64,000 nt of DNA. Source: Synergistaceae bacterium (GTDB lineage Bacteria; Synergistota; Synergistia; Synergistales; Aminobacteriaceae). The DNA lies in contig JAFRAH010000001.1 in NCBI GenBank assembly GCA_017405525.1, forward strand, positions 31,024 to 95,023, read 5' to 3'. Shown here one piece after another: positions 9,266 through 18,087 of this stretch. The notes under the pieces are model-generated. The model searched no databases. It was not told the DNA's origin and saw only the letters and a program-made list of their open reading frames with translations. A program made the position numbers and the translations under genes. The stretch's first letter is position 1. Each line of letters opens with the position of its first letter.

Positions 9266-10423
9266 ATGCCGTATTTCTCGTACTCAGGCTATGACGCTAA
9301 GGGCAAGACCACAAAGGGAACGATAGAAGCGGCCTCGTCAATGCAGGCAGTAGACCGTCTCAGTGAACGCGGAATAGTTGTAGTTGACGTTAAGGTTACT
9401 GAGGAGAAGAAGGGAGGGGGTAACGCGAAGATCAAGCTACTCCCACTCGAACAGCACATATTCTTCTGCCGGAGCCTCGCCTCATATCTCAAGTCGGGCC
9501 TTCAGGTAACGGAAGCACTCCGCATAATGTCCAAGCAGGCACGCGACAAGAACATGAAGCCGGTAATGGAGAAGCTATTAGCTGATGTTCAGGGAGGCCG
9601 GAAATTCCACACGGCACTAGCTGAGTCGGGGGCATTCCGTGAAAGTCTCTGGAGGGTTGCCGAATCTGGTGAACAGTCCGGGACGCTCGTGTCTGTCCTC
9701 ACTGAGGCCGCCGAGGAGTTCAAGCTCGAAGACAGCCTCAAGCGAAAGATCAGGGGTGCAATGACTTATCCCATAGTAATGGCTGTAGTTGGGATCGGTG
9801 TCGTATCGTTCATGCTCACCTACGTAGTCCCAAAGATTGCGGAGCTCTTCAACGACATGAACCAGACACTGCCACTGCCTACAAGAATGCTCATTTCAGC
9901 GTCTGACTTTCTCGGAAATTATGGGCTCTATATCCTGATTGCACTTGCGGTGATTTTCCTCTGGATGAAGCGCACAGGCAGGAGCTTTACCCTCCCGTTC
10001 ATGCGGGGGATAAGAGACCAGCTCAACCTTGCCCTTGTGATGTCCCACATAAGCACCCTCCTCAAGACAGGAATACCTCTAGTTCAGGCTTTGCGCATGG
10101 CCTCGTCAATGGACACGTACCAGCAGAGATGGCTTGATGCCGCAGAGCTCGTGAAGGCAGGCCATCGTTTCGCCGCCGCAATGGAGAGAATAGGAATGCC
10201 TGAAGATACCGTTGCAATTGTCCGTGTTGGTGAGATGGGTAGTGATTTGTCGGGAGCTCTATCGAATTTGTCCGAGCAGTGCCGCGAGACAGCACAATCA
10301 AGAATGGAGATGCTCTCGACTCTGATACAGCCGATTATGGTTTTGTCGTTGGGTTTCAGCGTTGGGTTCATCGTACTGGCAATATTGACACCAGTCTTTG
10401 ACCTTGCCGGAATAGTCAGGTAA
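9266..10423 (+). CDS. gspF: type II secretion inner-membrane platform protein GspF
   Basis: 385 aa with a duplicated GspF/PilC-type domain and three hydrophobic segments. GGAGGA SD. Immediately follows gspE. Confidence 0.9.
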   Translation: MPYFSYSGYDAKGKTTKGTIEAASSMQAVDRLSERGIVVVDVKVTEEKKGGGNAKIKLLPLEQHIFFCRSLASYLKSGLQVTEALRIMSKQARDKNMKPVMEKLLADVQGGRKFHTALAESGAFRESLWRVAESGEQSGTLVSVLTEAAEEFKLEDSLKRKIRGAMTYPIVMAVVGIGVVSFMLTYVVPKIAELFNDMNQTLPLPTRMLISASDFLGNYGLYILIALAVIFLWMKRTGRSFTLPFMRGIRDQLNLALVMSHISTLLKTGIPLVQALRMASSMDTYQQRWLDAAELVKAGHRFAAAMERIGMPEDTVAIVRVGEMGSDLSGALSNLSEQCRETAQSRMEMLSTLIQPIMVLSLGFSVGFIVLAILTPVFDLAGIVR

Positions 10424-10686
10424 GAATGAAGAAGGCGGGGCGTGTTACCGTTACAGAAGACTTATGCACTGATAAGGTTGAATATTTTACGGGCAGAACC
10501 ACAGAACAGCTTGGTTATCGCTTCTATTTTCTCTGCCCAACCGCCTATATCCAGTTCTCAATGAGACACCAATTAGCACGGATTATATCACTTGTCAGTC
10601 AGGAATTTTTTAGTCCTCCTGTAACGGTGTACCTCCTTTCTTGTTTATAAAGATGTTGAAAATTTATAGCTATTTATAACTTTTGC

Positions 10687-11634
10687 TTAACTGTTACCCT
10701 GCCTTCCTGATGCCATGCTCCCGAACATGCCCCGTATTGCGTCAAACACATCATATTTCGGACTCCATCCCGTCGCAGAACGAAGCCTCGAATTGTCGCA
10801 CCATATCACCGGGTTTTCCACAGGTCTGAATTTTTCCGGCGACACTATAACCTCAACCTTCCCATGAACTAGCGAGGCAATATACTTCAGAATTTCCTCA
10901 AGGCTATAGCATATTCCCCTGCCAACGTTGAAGACCCTTTCACTGGTATTGCTCTCAAGTATCATCCTGTAGGCCGAGACCATATCCCTGACATCACCGA
11001 AGTCTCTTTTTGCCGAGAGGTTGCCGACGTAAATCTTTCCGTTCCCGCCCGAACGCTCTATCTCCACTGCCTGCCTCACAAACGAAGGGATAACGAACTT
11101 TTCAGGCTGGCCGATGCCCGTATGGTTGAACGTCCTTGTGCTGATTATGTCCATTCCGAAGCTCGACCGATAAATTCCGGCAAAGTTCTCCTGTGCTACC
11201 TTTGAGATTCCGTATGGGTTGCTGGCATTGACGGGGTAGCTCTCAGAAATTGGGTAGGCTGAAGGCGCATATTCCTCGCTTGAGCCTATGAGGAGTATTC
11301 GTGCCTTTATGCCCGACTTCCTGACGGCCTCAAGGATATTCAGCGTTCCGTTGATGTTCACCTCTATGGTCTTCTGAGGTATCCTCCACGAGTCGCCGAC
11401 TGAGCTCACCGCCGCAAGGTTGACGACGTAATCAGGGGCTGACCTCTCCATGAGCCTCAATACACCGTCAAAGCTGAGCATGTCCAAGGAGGTATAGTCG
11501 TGGAAGAACTGCCGCGATGATTTGGGCTCCACAATGTCAGTGCCGTATACCCTGTAGCCGTGAGATGTGAACTCTTCCGCAAGGTATGAGCCAACGAAGC
11601 CCCCACTCCCGAAAATAAGAATGTTCCTGTTCAT
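10687..11634 (-). CDS. NAD-dependent nucleotide-sugar epimerase/dehydratase (SDR family)
   Basis: Rossmann motif ILIFGSGGFVGSYL and catalytic YGISK (YxxxK). ATG 11634 overlaps the stop of the upstream GT4 gene (ATGA). Confidence 0.8.
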   Translation of the reverse strand: MNRNILIFGSGGFVGSYLAEEFTSHGYRVYGTDIVEPKSSRQFFHDYTSLDMLSFDGVLRLMERSAPDYVVNLAAVSSVGDSWRIPQKTIEVNINGTLNILEAVRKSGIKARILLIGSSEEYAPSAYPISESYPVNASNPYGISKVAQENFAGIYRSSFGMDIISTRTFNHTGIGQPEKFVIPSFVRQAVEIERSGGNGKIYVGNLSAKRDFGDVRDMVSAYRMILESNTSERVFNVGRGICYSLEEILKYIASLVHGKVEVIVSPEKFRPVENPVIWCDNSRLRSATGWSPKYDVFDAIRGMFGSMASGRQGNS

Positions 11635-12712
11635 TCCGCAAGAACCTTCCTGTAGCACTCCAGGGTTTCACGCGCTGTCTTGTCCCAGCTGAAGAGTCTC
11701 AGGCGTTCACGTCCGGCAGCCCTCAGCCTCTCACGCAACGAAGTATCCTCAACGACACGGGCAATCTTTGCGGCCATGTCGTCAATGTCCGTGGGGTCGA
11801 AGTATTCTGCCGCGTCCCCTGCAACTTCAGGGAGCGAACTCGAACGTGAACACACAACAGGGCAATCACACGCGAACGCCTCAAGGAGTGGGATGCCGAA
11901 ACCTTCATATTCTGACGGGAAGACGAAGCATTCAGCGTTTGCATAGGCTTGGGATAATGCCTCGTCAGTTATGCTGGAAAGGTGGAAACGGGAAATCAGG
12001 CTGCCGATGACTTCAAGCTCTCTAGGTAGGAATACCCCCCCCCCCCTACGCAAAATACGCAAATATCATCATGTCTCTCAAGTATCGGACGCACTGCCTG
12101 AACGAAACGGATAAAATTCTTGTACCAACCCCTATTACCGACAAAGAGAATGTAGCGTGTACCAAGTGGATTTTTCCCGGCAGACTCAATTTTTGGCATT
12201 GAGTTGCCCAAGTGTATCACTGAAATTTTCTCCGGCCTTATGTCTGGGTATATCTCAAGCACATCACGCTTTGTGCTCTCAGATATTGAGATTATGTGAT
12301 CCGACGCATGAAGCATCTTCTTCTTGTTCCTGATAGTCGGCTCATCTCCTCCGAACTTCTCGTGTATCATGTCGTATACAGTTACTACGAGTTTTCCCGA
12401 ATGACCGCCCAGCATGTACGGGTCATAGTATGTCGGGTGAATTATGTCGTAACCCCTCCTGACTTCATGGAGAGCCTTCAGCTTGTTGACCCGGCTGAAT
12501 ATCCGGCGTTCAAGTCCTCTTACGATGCGATTGCTCTTGCTGTAGTCCCGGATGCCCAGCATGTCCCTGAAGTACCAGTTCCGGCTGTGCAGGCAGCTAA
12601 CCTCAACGTCAACTCCCAATTCGGGCAGACGTGAGACAACCTCGAAGAAGTACCTCGATATTCCCCCGTACCTCTGCGCAAAAAGCATCTGGTAATCATA
12701 GTAGACCTTCAC
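11631..12712 (-). pseudogene. GT4-family glycosyltransferase split into two ORFs (11996-12712 and 11631-12062) by a frameshift in a G12 tract
   Basis: The N-terminal fragment ends ...DDICVFCVGGGG. The C-terminal fragment carries FPSEYEGFGIPLLEAFACDCPVV (EX7E motif). The two frames join across the homopolymer, and 13 or 10 G would give one intact GT4 ORF. Confidence 0.75.
12035..12046 (-). repeat. 12-nt homopolymer (C12 on + strand, G12 on the coding strand)
   Basis: Counted directly: aataCCCCCCCCCCCCtacg. Encodes the GGGG run at the junction of the two GT4 fragments. Confidence 0.95.
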
Positions 12713-12801
12713 AAATCTTCCTCCTCCGCAATAAATTCACCGCTTGTGTTATGATTATAACAAACAACTTAGACGCAACTATACTAAGGAGGCAACCACC
12801 C

Positions 12802-13245
12802 ATGAAAAACAGAAAGATCAAAGGCATCATGTCATCCCGCCGTTCTGGCTTCACACTGATTGAAATTATGGTAGTCGTCGTAATTCTCGGACTTCTTGCC
12901 GCACTCGTCGTTCCCAGAATTGGCCCCCAAGTTGCTGAGGCTCAGAGAACTACTGCCGCAACACAGATACGCTCAATTGAGGACGCTCTCGAAATGTACA
13001 GGATGCACAACGGATTCTACCCCTCAACACAGCAGGGACTTGATGCACTCGTCAATGCCCCGACAACCTCACCAGTCCCAAAGAGATACGCTGAAGGAGG
13101 CTACCTCAAGAAAGTACCTGAGGATCCCTGGGGAAATCCCTACGTCTACAGGAACGTCAACGGAAGAATCACCATCATGAGCTATGGTCCTGACGGTGAA
13201 GAGGGCGGAGAAGGAGTAAATGCCGACATCACAAACGCAGACTAG
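12802..13245 (+). CDS. gspG: type II secretion major pseudopilin GspG
   Basis: SG|FTLIEIMVVVVILGLLAALVVP with Glu+5. Conserved core: ALEMYRMHNGFYPSTQQGLDALV, DPWGNPYVY, SYGPDG. TAAGGAGG SD lies 9 nt before ATG 12802, so the longer track ORF from 12631 is an artefact. Confidence 0.9.
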   Translation: MKNRKIKGIMSSRRSGFTLIEIMVVVVILGLLAALVVPRIGPQVAEAQRTTAATQIRSIEDALEMYRMHNGFYPSTQQGLDALVNAPTTSPVPKRYAEGGYLKKVPEDPWGNPYVYRNVNGRITIMSYGPDGEEGGEGVNADITNAD

Positions 13246-13741
13246 TTCACGTTCAGCCTTCACACTGATTGAGATACTGCTTGTCCTTACGATTATAGGG
13301 GTATTAGCATCGGTGTTGCTGCCGAGAATGTCTTTCTGGTTTGAGCCGCCTTCTACCATCCTTCAGAGAGCCATCGAGGAGGCCAGCGACATGGCACTTT
13401 CAGGAATACCCGTAAGGTTCTCCGTAAAGACTTCAGGGAGTTCACGAAGAGGGACAATACTAGCCGAAGCGTTCATGAAGAAGGAAGAGCCCGAAAACAG
13501 CCTGAGCTCATTTCTTGGGACTAACTCAAACAGGCCGATAGTCCTTGAGTGGCAGAACATCGACATGCGAAACCTCCCGGAAGACAGCGGCTGGAGATTT
13601 GAGCCCGCAGTAATATACTTCTACACTGACGGCTCATGTTCCCCCGCAAAAATCTCAAAGGCAGGCAGGGACGTTCCCGACAGGCTGGCAGATGAATACG
13701 TCCTCACAGTAACAGGATACTGCGCGAAAATCGAGAAGTGA
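13220..13741 (+). CDS. gspH: minor pseudopilin, GspH-like
   Basis: SRS|AFTLIEILLVLTIIGVLASVLLP prepilin N-terminus with Glu+5, about 170 aa. Directly follows and overlaps gspG. Confidence 0.55.
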   Translation: MPTSQTQTSSRSAFTLIEILLVLTIIGVLASVLLPRMSFWFEPPSTILQRAIEEASDMALSGIPVRFSVKTSGSSRRGTILAEAFMKKEEPENSLSSFLGTNSNRPIVLEWQNIDMRNLPEDSGWRFEPAVIYFYTDGSCSPAKISKAGRDVPDRLADEYVLTVTGYCAKIEK

Positions 13742-13750
13742 TACGTTCAT

Positions 13751-13787
13751 CCTCCCGTCTTGAAGCTCTCAGGGCGGGAGGTTTTTT
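13751..13787 (+). terminator. intrinsic terminator after gspH
   Basis: CCTCCCG (13751-57) pairs with CGGGAGG (13775-81), followed by T6. Confidence 0.6.
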
Positions 13788-13800
13788 CTGCCCTTTGCCC

Positions 13801-14910
13801 TCAACTCAGACCCTCAGCTATATCCTCACAGCAGCGTCTCAAGTCAAGAGCCTCAATTACTGCCTTCCTCCCCTCGAACGCAAGACGCTCACACTCTGCC
13901 TCATTCGTGCAGGCATGAAGCAGGTTAGCGGCCATCCCGTCGATGTCATCAACCTCGCTGCCAAGACCATACTTGAAGCCGCATGTTGCGCTCCTGCTGC
14001 CGAGTATGTCGGTCGTTACGGGGAAACAGCCAAGCATCATTGCCTCGTTCACGGTAACACAGAAGCTTTCCCACCTTGAGGGGAAGGCGAATATCTTTGC
14101 GTCCATGTAGAGCTCCGTCATCTCGTTACGATCCATGACAGGCCCGGTGAAATTTACCCGCTCCCTGAGTTCCGGGTGCCTCGCGTAAAAGTCATCAGCA
14201 AGCCCGGTGTTCTCCATTATTCGGCCTGTGAGTTTCAGCGTCCATGAAGGTATCTTGTCCGAAACCCTCGCGAATGCCTCAAGAAGTATCTCTGTGGCTT
14301 TCTGTTTTGTTCCGAGCCGCCCGACCGTGAAGATTACGTTTGAGCGTTCGGAATATGGCCGGAAGTCCTTTATCTCGTTTGGGTTGAGTGGGCAACAACT
14401 GTACATGATTTCCCGGTGCCAGTCCCGTGAAAGCATCTCCACGTTCTCCTTGTACTCAGTGCTAACTAGGTAGGACATCTTCAGCGTCATCTTGTGGAAA
14501 ATCAGTTTCCAGAAATTCGACATCTTCCTTGTAGGCCACCCTTCAAGCCTGAGATAAACCTTCCCTTTCGGATTGTGGAGCTTGTACGTTAGAGCCTGAA
14601 AAAATGCCGTCCTGTCGAGAATGTATATGTTGAGAACGTCTATCCTCCTTGCGTTCTTCCTGAGCCATGAGCACGAATCCTTAACCCAGTTCCCGCTAAT
14701 CCGGGGAACATCCTCAAGCCTCACTCCGGGAATGAGCTTCATAATCGGATATTCACCCTTCATGTAGGTAGCTATCATTGAGTCATAGCCGCAGTACTCA
14801 CTCATTCCGTAGGGTATCGTTGCCTTCTCCTTCATCTCGTTGCCTATGTTGCAGAGCGTGCAGAACAAAGGCCGTGAATTTTTGCCGTCCACTGTAATCA
14901 TCTTCATCAC
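13801..14910 (-). CDS. GT4-family glycosyltransferase
   Basis: C-terminal FAFPSRWESFCVTVNEAMMLGCFPV (EX7E-type retaining GT-B motif). The start (GTG 14910 / ATG 14907) overlaps the stop of the upstream ORF. Confidence 0.75.
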   Translation of the reverse strand: MMKMITVDGKNSRPLFCTLCNIGNEMKEKATIPYGMSEYCGYDSMIATYMKGEYPIMKLIPGVRLEDVPRISGNWVKDSCSWLRKNARRIDVLNIYILDRTAFFQALTYKLHNPKGKVYLRLEGWPTRKMSNFWKLIFHKMTLKMSYLVSTEYKENVEMLSRDWHREIMYSCCPLNPNEIKDFRPYSERSNVIFTVGRLGTKQKATEILLEAFARVSDKIPSWTLKLTGRIMENTGLADDFYARHPELRERVNFTGPVMDRNEMTELYMDAKIFAFPSRWESFCVTVNEAMMLGCFPVTTDILGSRSATCGFKYGLGSEVDDIDGMAANLLHACTNEAECERLAFEGRKAVIEALDLRRCCEDIAEGLS

Positions 14911-15713
14911 CTGAAAAGCAGTATCAGAAAGTTCAGCACCAAAAGAACGAGGCAGCCCCCCGAAAGCCCGGCAATGACCTTCAGCATCTTCATGGACGAA
15001 GAACCCCGCAACGTTCCTCCCGAAAATCCCTCATCCCCCGGAATTATCCCGGCTACCTCCTCACTCACTGCCTCCCTCACCTCATGGACAAGCGCAATAT
15101 TCCCCTGCTCATGCATGGCCGAAATCTCACGCGATAACTCCTCAAGCTCCCGGCTCCGTGATTTCCCCTCAGCCCTCACGAGCCCCTCAAGCCCCGAAAG
15201 AGCATCAGCATCAACCGAAGACCTCACCAAATCTTCAGGCAACGCTGAAGACTGCTCCCTGTCCTCGGCGTATGTCTCGAAGAATGCCTTTATCCCCTGC
15301 GTCAACGTGTCAATCCGTCCCGAAAACTCCTCAAGCTCATTCATGACCTCCTCACGGAATGAGGCGTTATCGTCGTCATTCTTGGGCTCTTTGGGCTGTG
15401 AGTTCCTGATGCTCTCCTCCAGCATCTCCGGGACTTTTCCCAGCATCTTCCTCAATGATGAGACTTCTTCAAGTACGCTGCCTATCGACTGGATTATCAT
15501 GCTCCGGCCAGCACGTGAGTCATCAATCCCTGAACGTATGGCCTTCTCGATTCCTGAACGCATATCCTGTGTCATCCTGTTAGTCCGCTCGATTGCCCCG
15601 GTGAAATCCCCGGAAGGTATCGCCGCATTCAGGGACTTAGTGAGTGAGGGAAGTATCAACGCAGCAAGCTCTGAGACCAAACGCGCAGTAGTAGGGTCTA
15701 ATTCTTCAGGCAT
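14907..15713 (-). CDS. hypothetical acidic helical protein with C-terminal membrane anchor
   Basis: 268 aa, Glu/Ser/Leu-rich predicted helices. Single C-terminal TM VIAGLSGGCLVLLVLNFLILLF. Translationally coupled to the downstream GT4. No family recognised. Confidence 0.5.
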   Translation of the reverse strand: MPEELDPTTARLVSELAALILPSLTKSLNAAIPSGDFTGAIERTNRMTQDMRSGIEKAIRSGIDDSRAGRSMIIQSIGSVLEEVSSLRKMLGKVPEMLEESIRNSQPKEPKNDDDNASFREEVMNELEEFSGRIDTLTQGIKAFFETYAEDREQSSALPEDLVRSSVDADALSGLEGLVRAEGKSRSRELEELSREISAMHEQGNIALVHEVREAVSEEVAGIIPGDEGFSGGTLRGSSSMKMLKVIAGLSGGCLVLLVLNFLILLFR

Positions 15714-15786
15714 GGTAAAATTTTCAGCTCCAGTTAAAATTTTGTGTGGTTGATTGAGTTAGTATAGCATTGCAGGAGATGAAGAG

Positions 15787-16653
15787 TTGCTCAGAATACG
15801 AATAGGCACAAGGTCAAGTCCTCTTGCGCTCGCTCAGGTGAAGATTATTGCTGGCGGAATAAGGGCCTCATACCCTGACGCTGATATTGTCCCGGTGAAG
15901 ATAACAACGTCAGGCGATAAAGACATGTCCACCTTCAGCACAGACCCAAACGGAATAAAGGGAATATTCACCCTTGAGATTGAGCGGGCATTAATGGCCG
16001 GTGAAATTGACCTTGCCGTCCACAGCCTCAAGGACTTACCGGCGAACATTAACCCGATGCTTCCCATAGTGGCATATTCACACAGGGGAGACCCACGAGA
16101 TGCCCTAGTTCTTGGCCGTAATTCTCAGGGGGGCTTTAGCGTCATAGGCTCGTCATCACTCAGGAGGAGGCTTCAGCTTGGGAGGCTCTACCCCTCAGCA
16201 AAGATTATTCCTGTGAGGGGCAACATCGGGACAAGATTGCGGCGGCTTGATGAAGGCGAATATTCCGGGCTTGTGCTAGCTGTCTCAGGTCTCGAACGTC
16301 TGGGACTTTCCGGGCGAATCACGAGGGTATTCACGACTGACGAGGTCATGCCTTCACCGGGACAGGGGATATTAGCGTGTCAGGGACGTGCCGGGGAAAG
16401 CTACAGCTACCTTGAGGCCGTCAATGATGAGTGCTCGCGTGATTGTGCCATTGCCGAGAGAGCATTTGCCCGTGAGCTTGGGGCCGGGTGCAACGTCCCT
16501 GTGGGTGCTTATGCCGAAATTGCCGGGGACATTCTGACACTTAGGGGGCTTTACGTTGACGATGCCGGGAATTTCCGCCGTGGCATTCTTTCGGGGCGGC
16601 GTGAATATGCGGGGAATATAGGCCGTGAACTTTCAGGGGTGATTATGGGATGA
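15787..16653 (+). CDS. hemC: hydroxymethylbilane synthase (porphobilinogen deaminase)
   Basis: RIGTRSSPLALAQV N-terminus, HSLKDLP, and GCNVPVGAYA cofactor-Cys region. TTG start with a GGAG SD. Confidence 0.9.
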   Translation: MLRIRIGTRSSPLALAQVKIIAGGIRASYPDADIVPVKITTSGDKDMSTFSTDPNGIKGIFTLEIERALMAGEIDLAVHSLKDLPANINPMLPIVAYSHRGDPRDALVLGRNSQGGFSVIGSSSLRRRLQLGRLYPSAKIIPVRGNIGTRLRRLDEGEYSGLVLAVSGLERLGLSGRITRVFTTDEVMPSPGQGILACQGRAGESYSYLEAVNDECSRDCAIAERAFARELGAGCNVPVGAYAEIAGDILTLRGLYVDDAGNFRRGILSGRREYAGNIGRELSGVIMG

Positions 16654-18059
16654 CGGGTAAAATATGGCTTGTAGGTGCTGGTCCGGGAGATACCGGGCTG
16701 CTCACACTAAGAGGCCGTGAGGTTCTGGGACGTTCTGACGTTGTGGTGTATGACCGTCTGGTTGGTGAGGGTATCTTGTCGCTTATGCCTAAGAGTGCAG
16801 AGAGGGTTGACGCTGGGAAGTCTTCAGGCTCTCACACGATGACCCAACGTGAGACAGAAAAGCTCATGATTTCGCGGGCTCTTGAGGGCAAAAGGGTAGT
16901 GCGTCTCAAGGGAGGAGACCCGTTCATTTTCGGGCGTGGCGGTGAGGAGGCTGAGGCGATAATCCGGGCGGGCGTTCCCTTTGAGGTTGTCCCCGGAGTG
17001 AGCTCGGCTGTTGCTGTCCCGGCATATGCTGGAATCCCGGCAACTCACAGGGATTACTGCTCAGGTCTGAACATATACACAGCCCACGACAAGGCTAACC
17101 TAGTGCCTGACTTCAACGCAACAACGTCAATCTTCTTGATGGGAGTATCGCATTCACGGGAGCTTCAGGAGCGGTTGATGCTCACTATGCCGCCAGATAC
17201 ACCGTGCGCAATAATCCAGAACGGGACTACTTCATCACAGCGGGTAATCAGGTCTGAACTTTCGGGACTCTATGACGCTGTGAAGGAGAACGCTATAACC
17301 CCTCCTGCAGTTATCGTTGTAGGTCAGACTGCCGGGCTCAATCTGGACTGGAGGGAGGCCATGCCCCTGAACGGAAAACGCATAATCATCACAAGACCTG
17401 AAGGCCGGGCGGAAAATCTCTCATTGATGCTCCGTGATCTTGGGGCTGAAGTAATCCTGATGCCGACAATCAGGACATCAACACTTCACGGATCACTTGA
17501 CGGCGTGGATCTCTCCGGCCATGACTGGGCAGGGTTCACGAGCGTTACAGGGGTGAACGCACTCTTTGAGCTCCTGAGTGAGTCAGGGAGGGACATCCGG
17601 GAGCTCGGACGTGCGAGGATTGCGGCAATCGGCCCGGCAACTAGGGAGGCTCTCAGGTCTCACGGCCTCAATGTGGACTACATGCCCTCAGTTTATGACG
17701 GTCATCACTTGGCGGAAGGGCTGGCTCACTTCGGGGGTAAAGTGCTTATGTTTAGGGCTGAAGGTGGAACGCCGGAGATTGACGAGGCTTTCAGGAATTA
17801 CGGAATTGAGCCGCTTAGTGTTTGTATTTACCGCACCGATTATGTAAAATTAGTTCACGTTCCAAAATTTGCAGACATCATAATTTTCACATCGTCCTCA
17901 ACAGTCAGGGGATTTTCTGAGAGTGTGAAGTCAATGCGTGAAGTCTTGGCAGTATGCATTGGCCGGCAGACAGGAGACGAGGCATTGAGGGCGGGGTTCA
18001 CTAACATACGGATTGCGGAACAGGCAACGCTTGATTCAGTCGTGAGGGCCTGTACGTGA
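16650..18059 (+). CDS. cobA-hemD: bifunctional uroporphyrinogen-III C-methyltransferase / uroporphyrinogen-III synthase
   Basis: The N-terminal half has VGAGPGDTGLLTLRG and RLKGGDPFIFGRGGEE (SUMT). The C-terminal half, GKRIIITRPEGRAENL onward, resembles HemD. ATGA overlap with hemC. Confidence 0.85.
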   Translation: MTGKIWLVGAGPGDTGLLTLRGREVLGRSDVVVYDRLVGEGILSLMPKSAERVDAGKSSGSHTMTQRETEKLMISRALEGKRVVRLKGGDPFIFGRGGEEAEAIIRAGVPFEVVPGVSSAVAVPAYAGIPATHRDYCSGLNIYTAHDKANLVPDFNATTSIFLMGVSHSRELQERLMLTMPPDTPCAIIQNGTTSSQRVIRSELSGLYDAVKENAITPPAVIVVGQTAGLNLDWREAMPLNGKRIIITRPEGRAENLSLMLRDLGAEVILMPTIRTSTLHGSLDGVDLSGHDWAGFTSVTGVNALFELLSESGRDIRELGRARIAAIGPATREALRSHGLNVDYMPSVYDGHHLAEGLAHFGGKVLMFRAEGGTPEIDEAFRNYGIEPLSVCIYRTDYVKLVHVPKFADIIIFTSSSTVRGFSESVKSMREVLAVCIGRQTGDEALRAGFTNIRIAEQATLDSVVRACT

Positions 18060-18087
18060 TAAATATTTGTTATGGAGGTATTCATTC

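Noticed and set aside
10426-10650. 74-aa + strand ORF right after gspF
   Set aside because: Weak SD, odd composition, no motif, and it lies in an AT-richer spacer. Kept only as context for the spacer finding.
12631-12801. N-terminal extension of the gspG ORF in the track (start 12631)
   Set aside because: The extension overlaps the divergent GT4 start and has no pilin-like features. A TAAGGAGG SD sits 9 nt before ATG 12802, which gives a normal-length GspG.
14974-15753. 259-aa Ser-rich + strand ORF
   Set aside because: Its low-complexity Ser/Pro composition is typical of the antisense strand of a Glu/Leu-rich gene. The minus-strand ORF has a TM anchor and translational coupling to the next gene.
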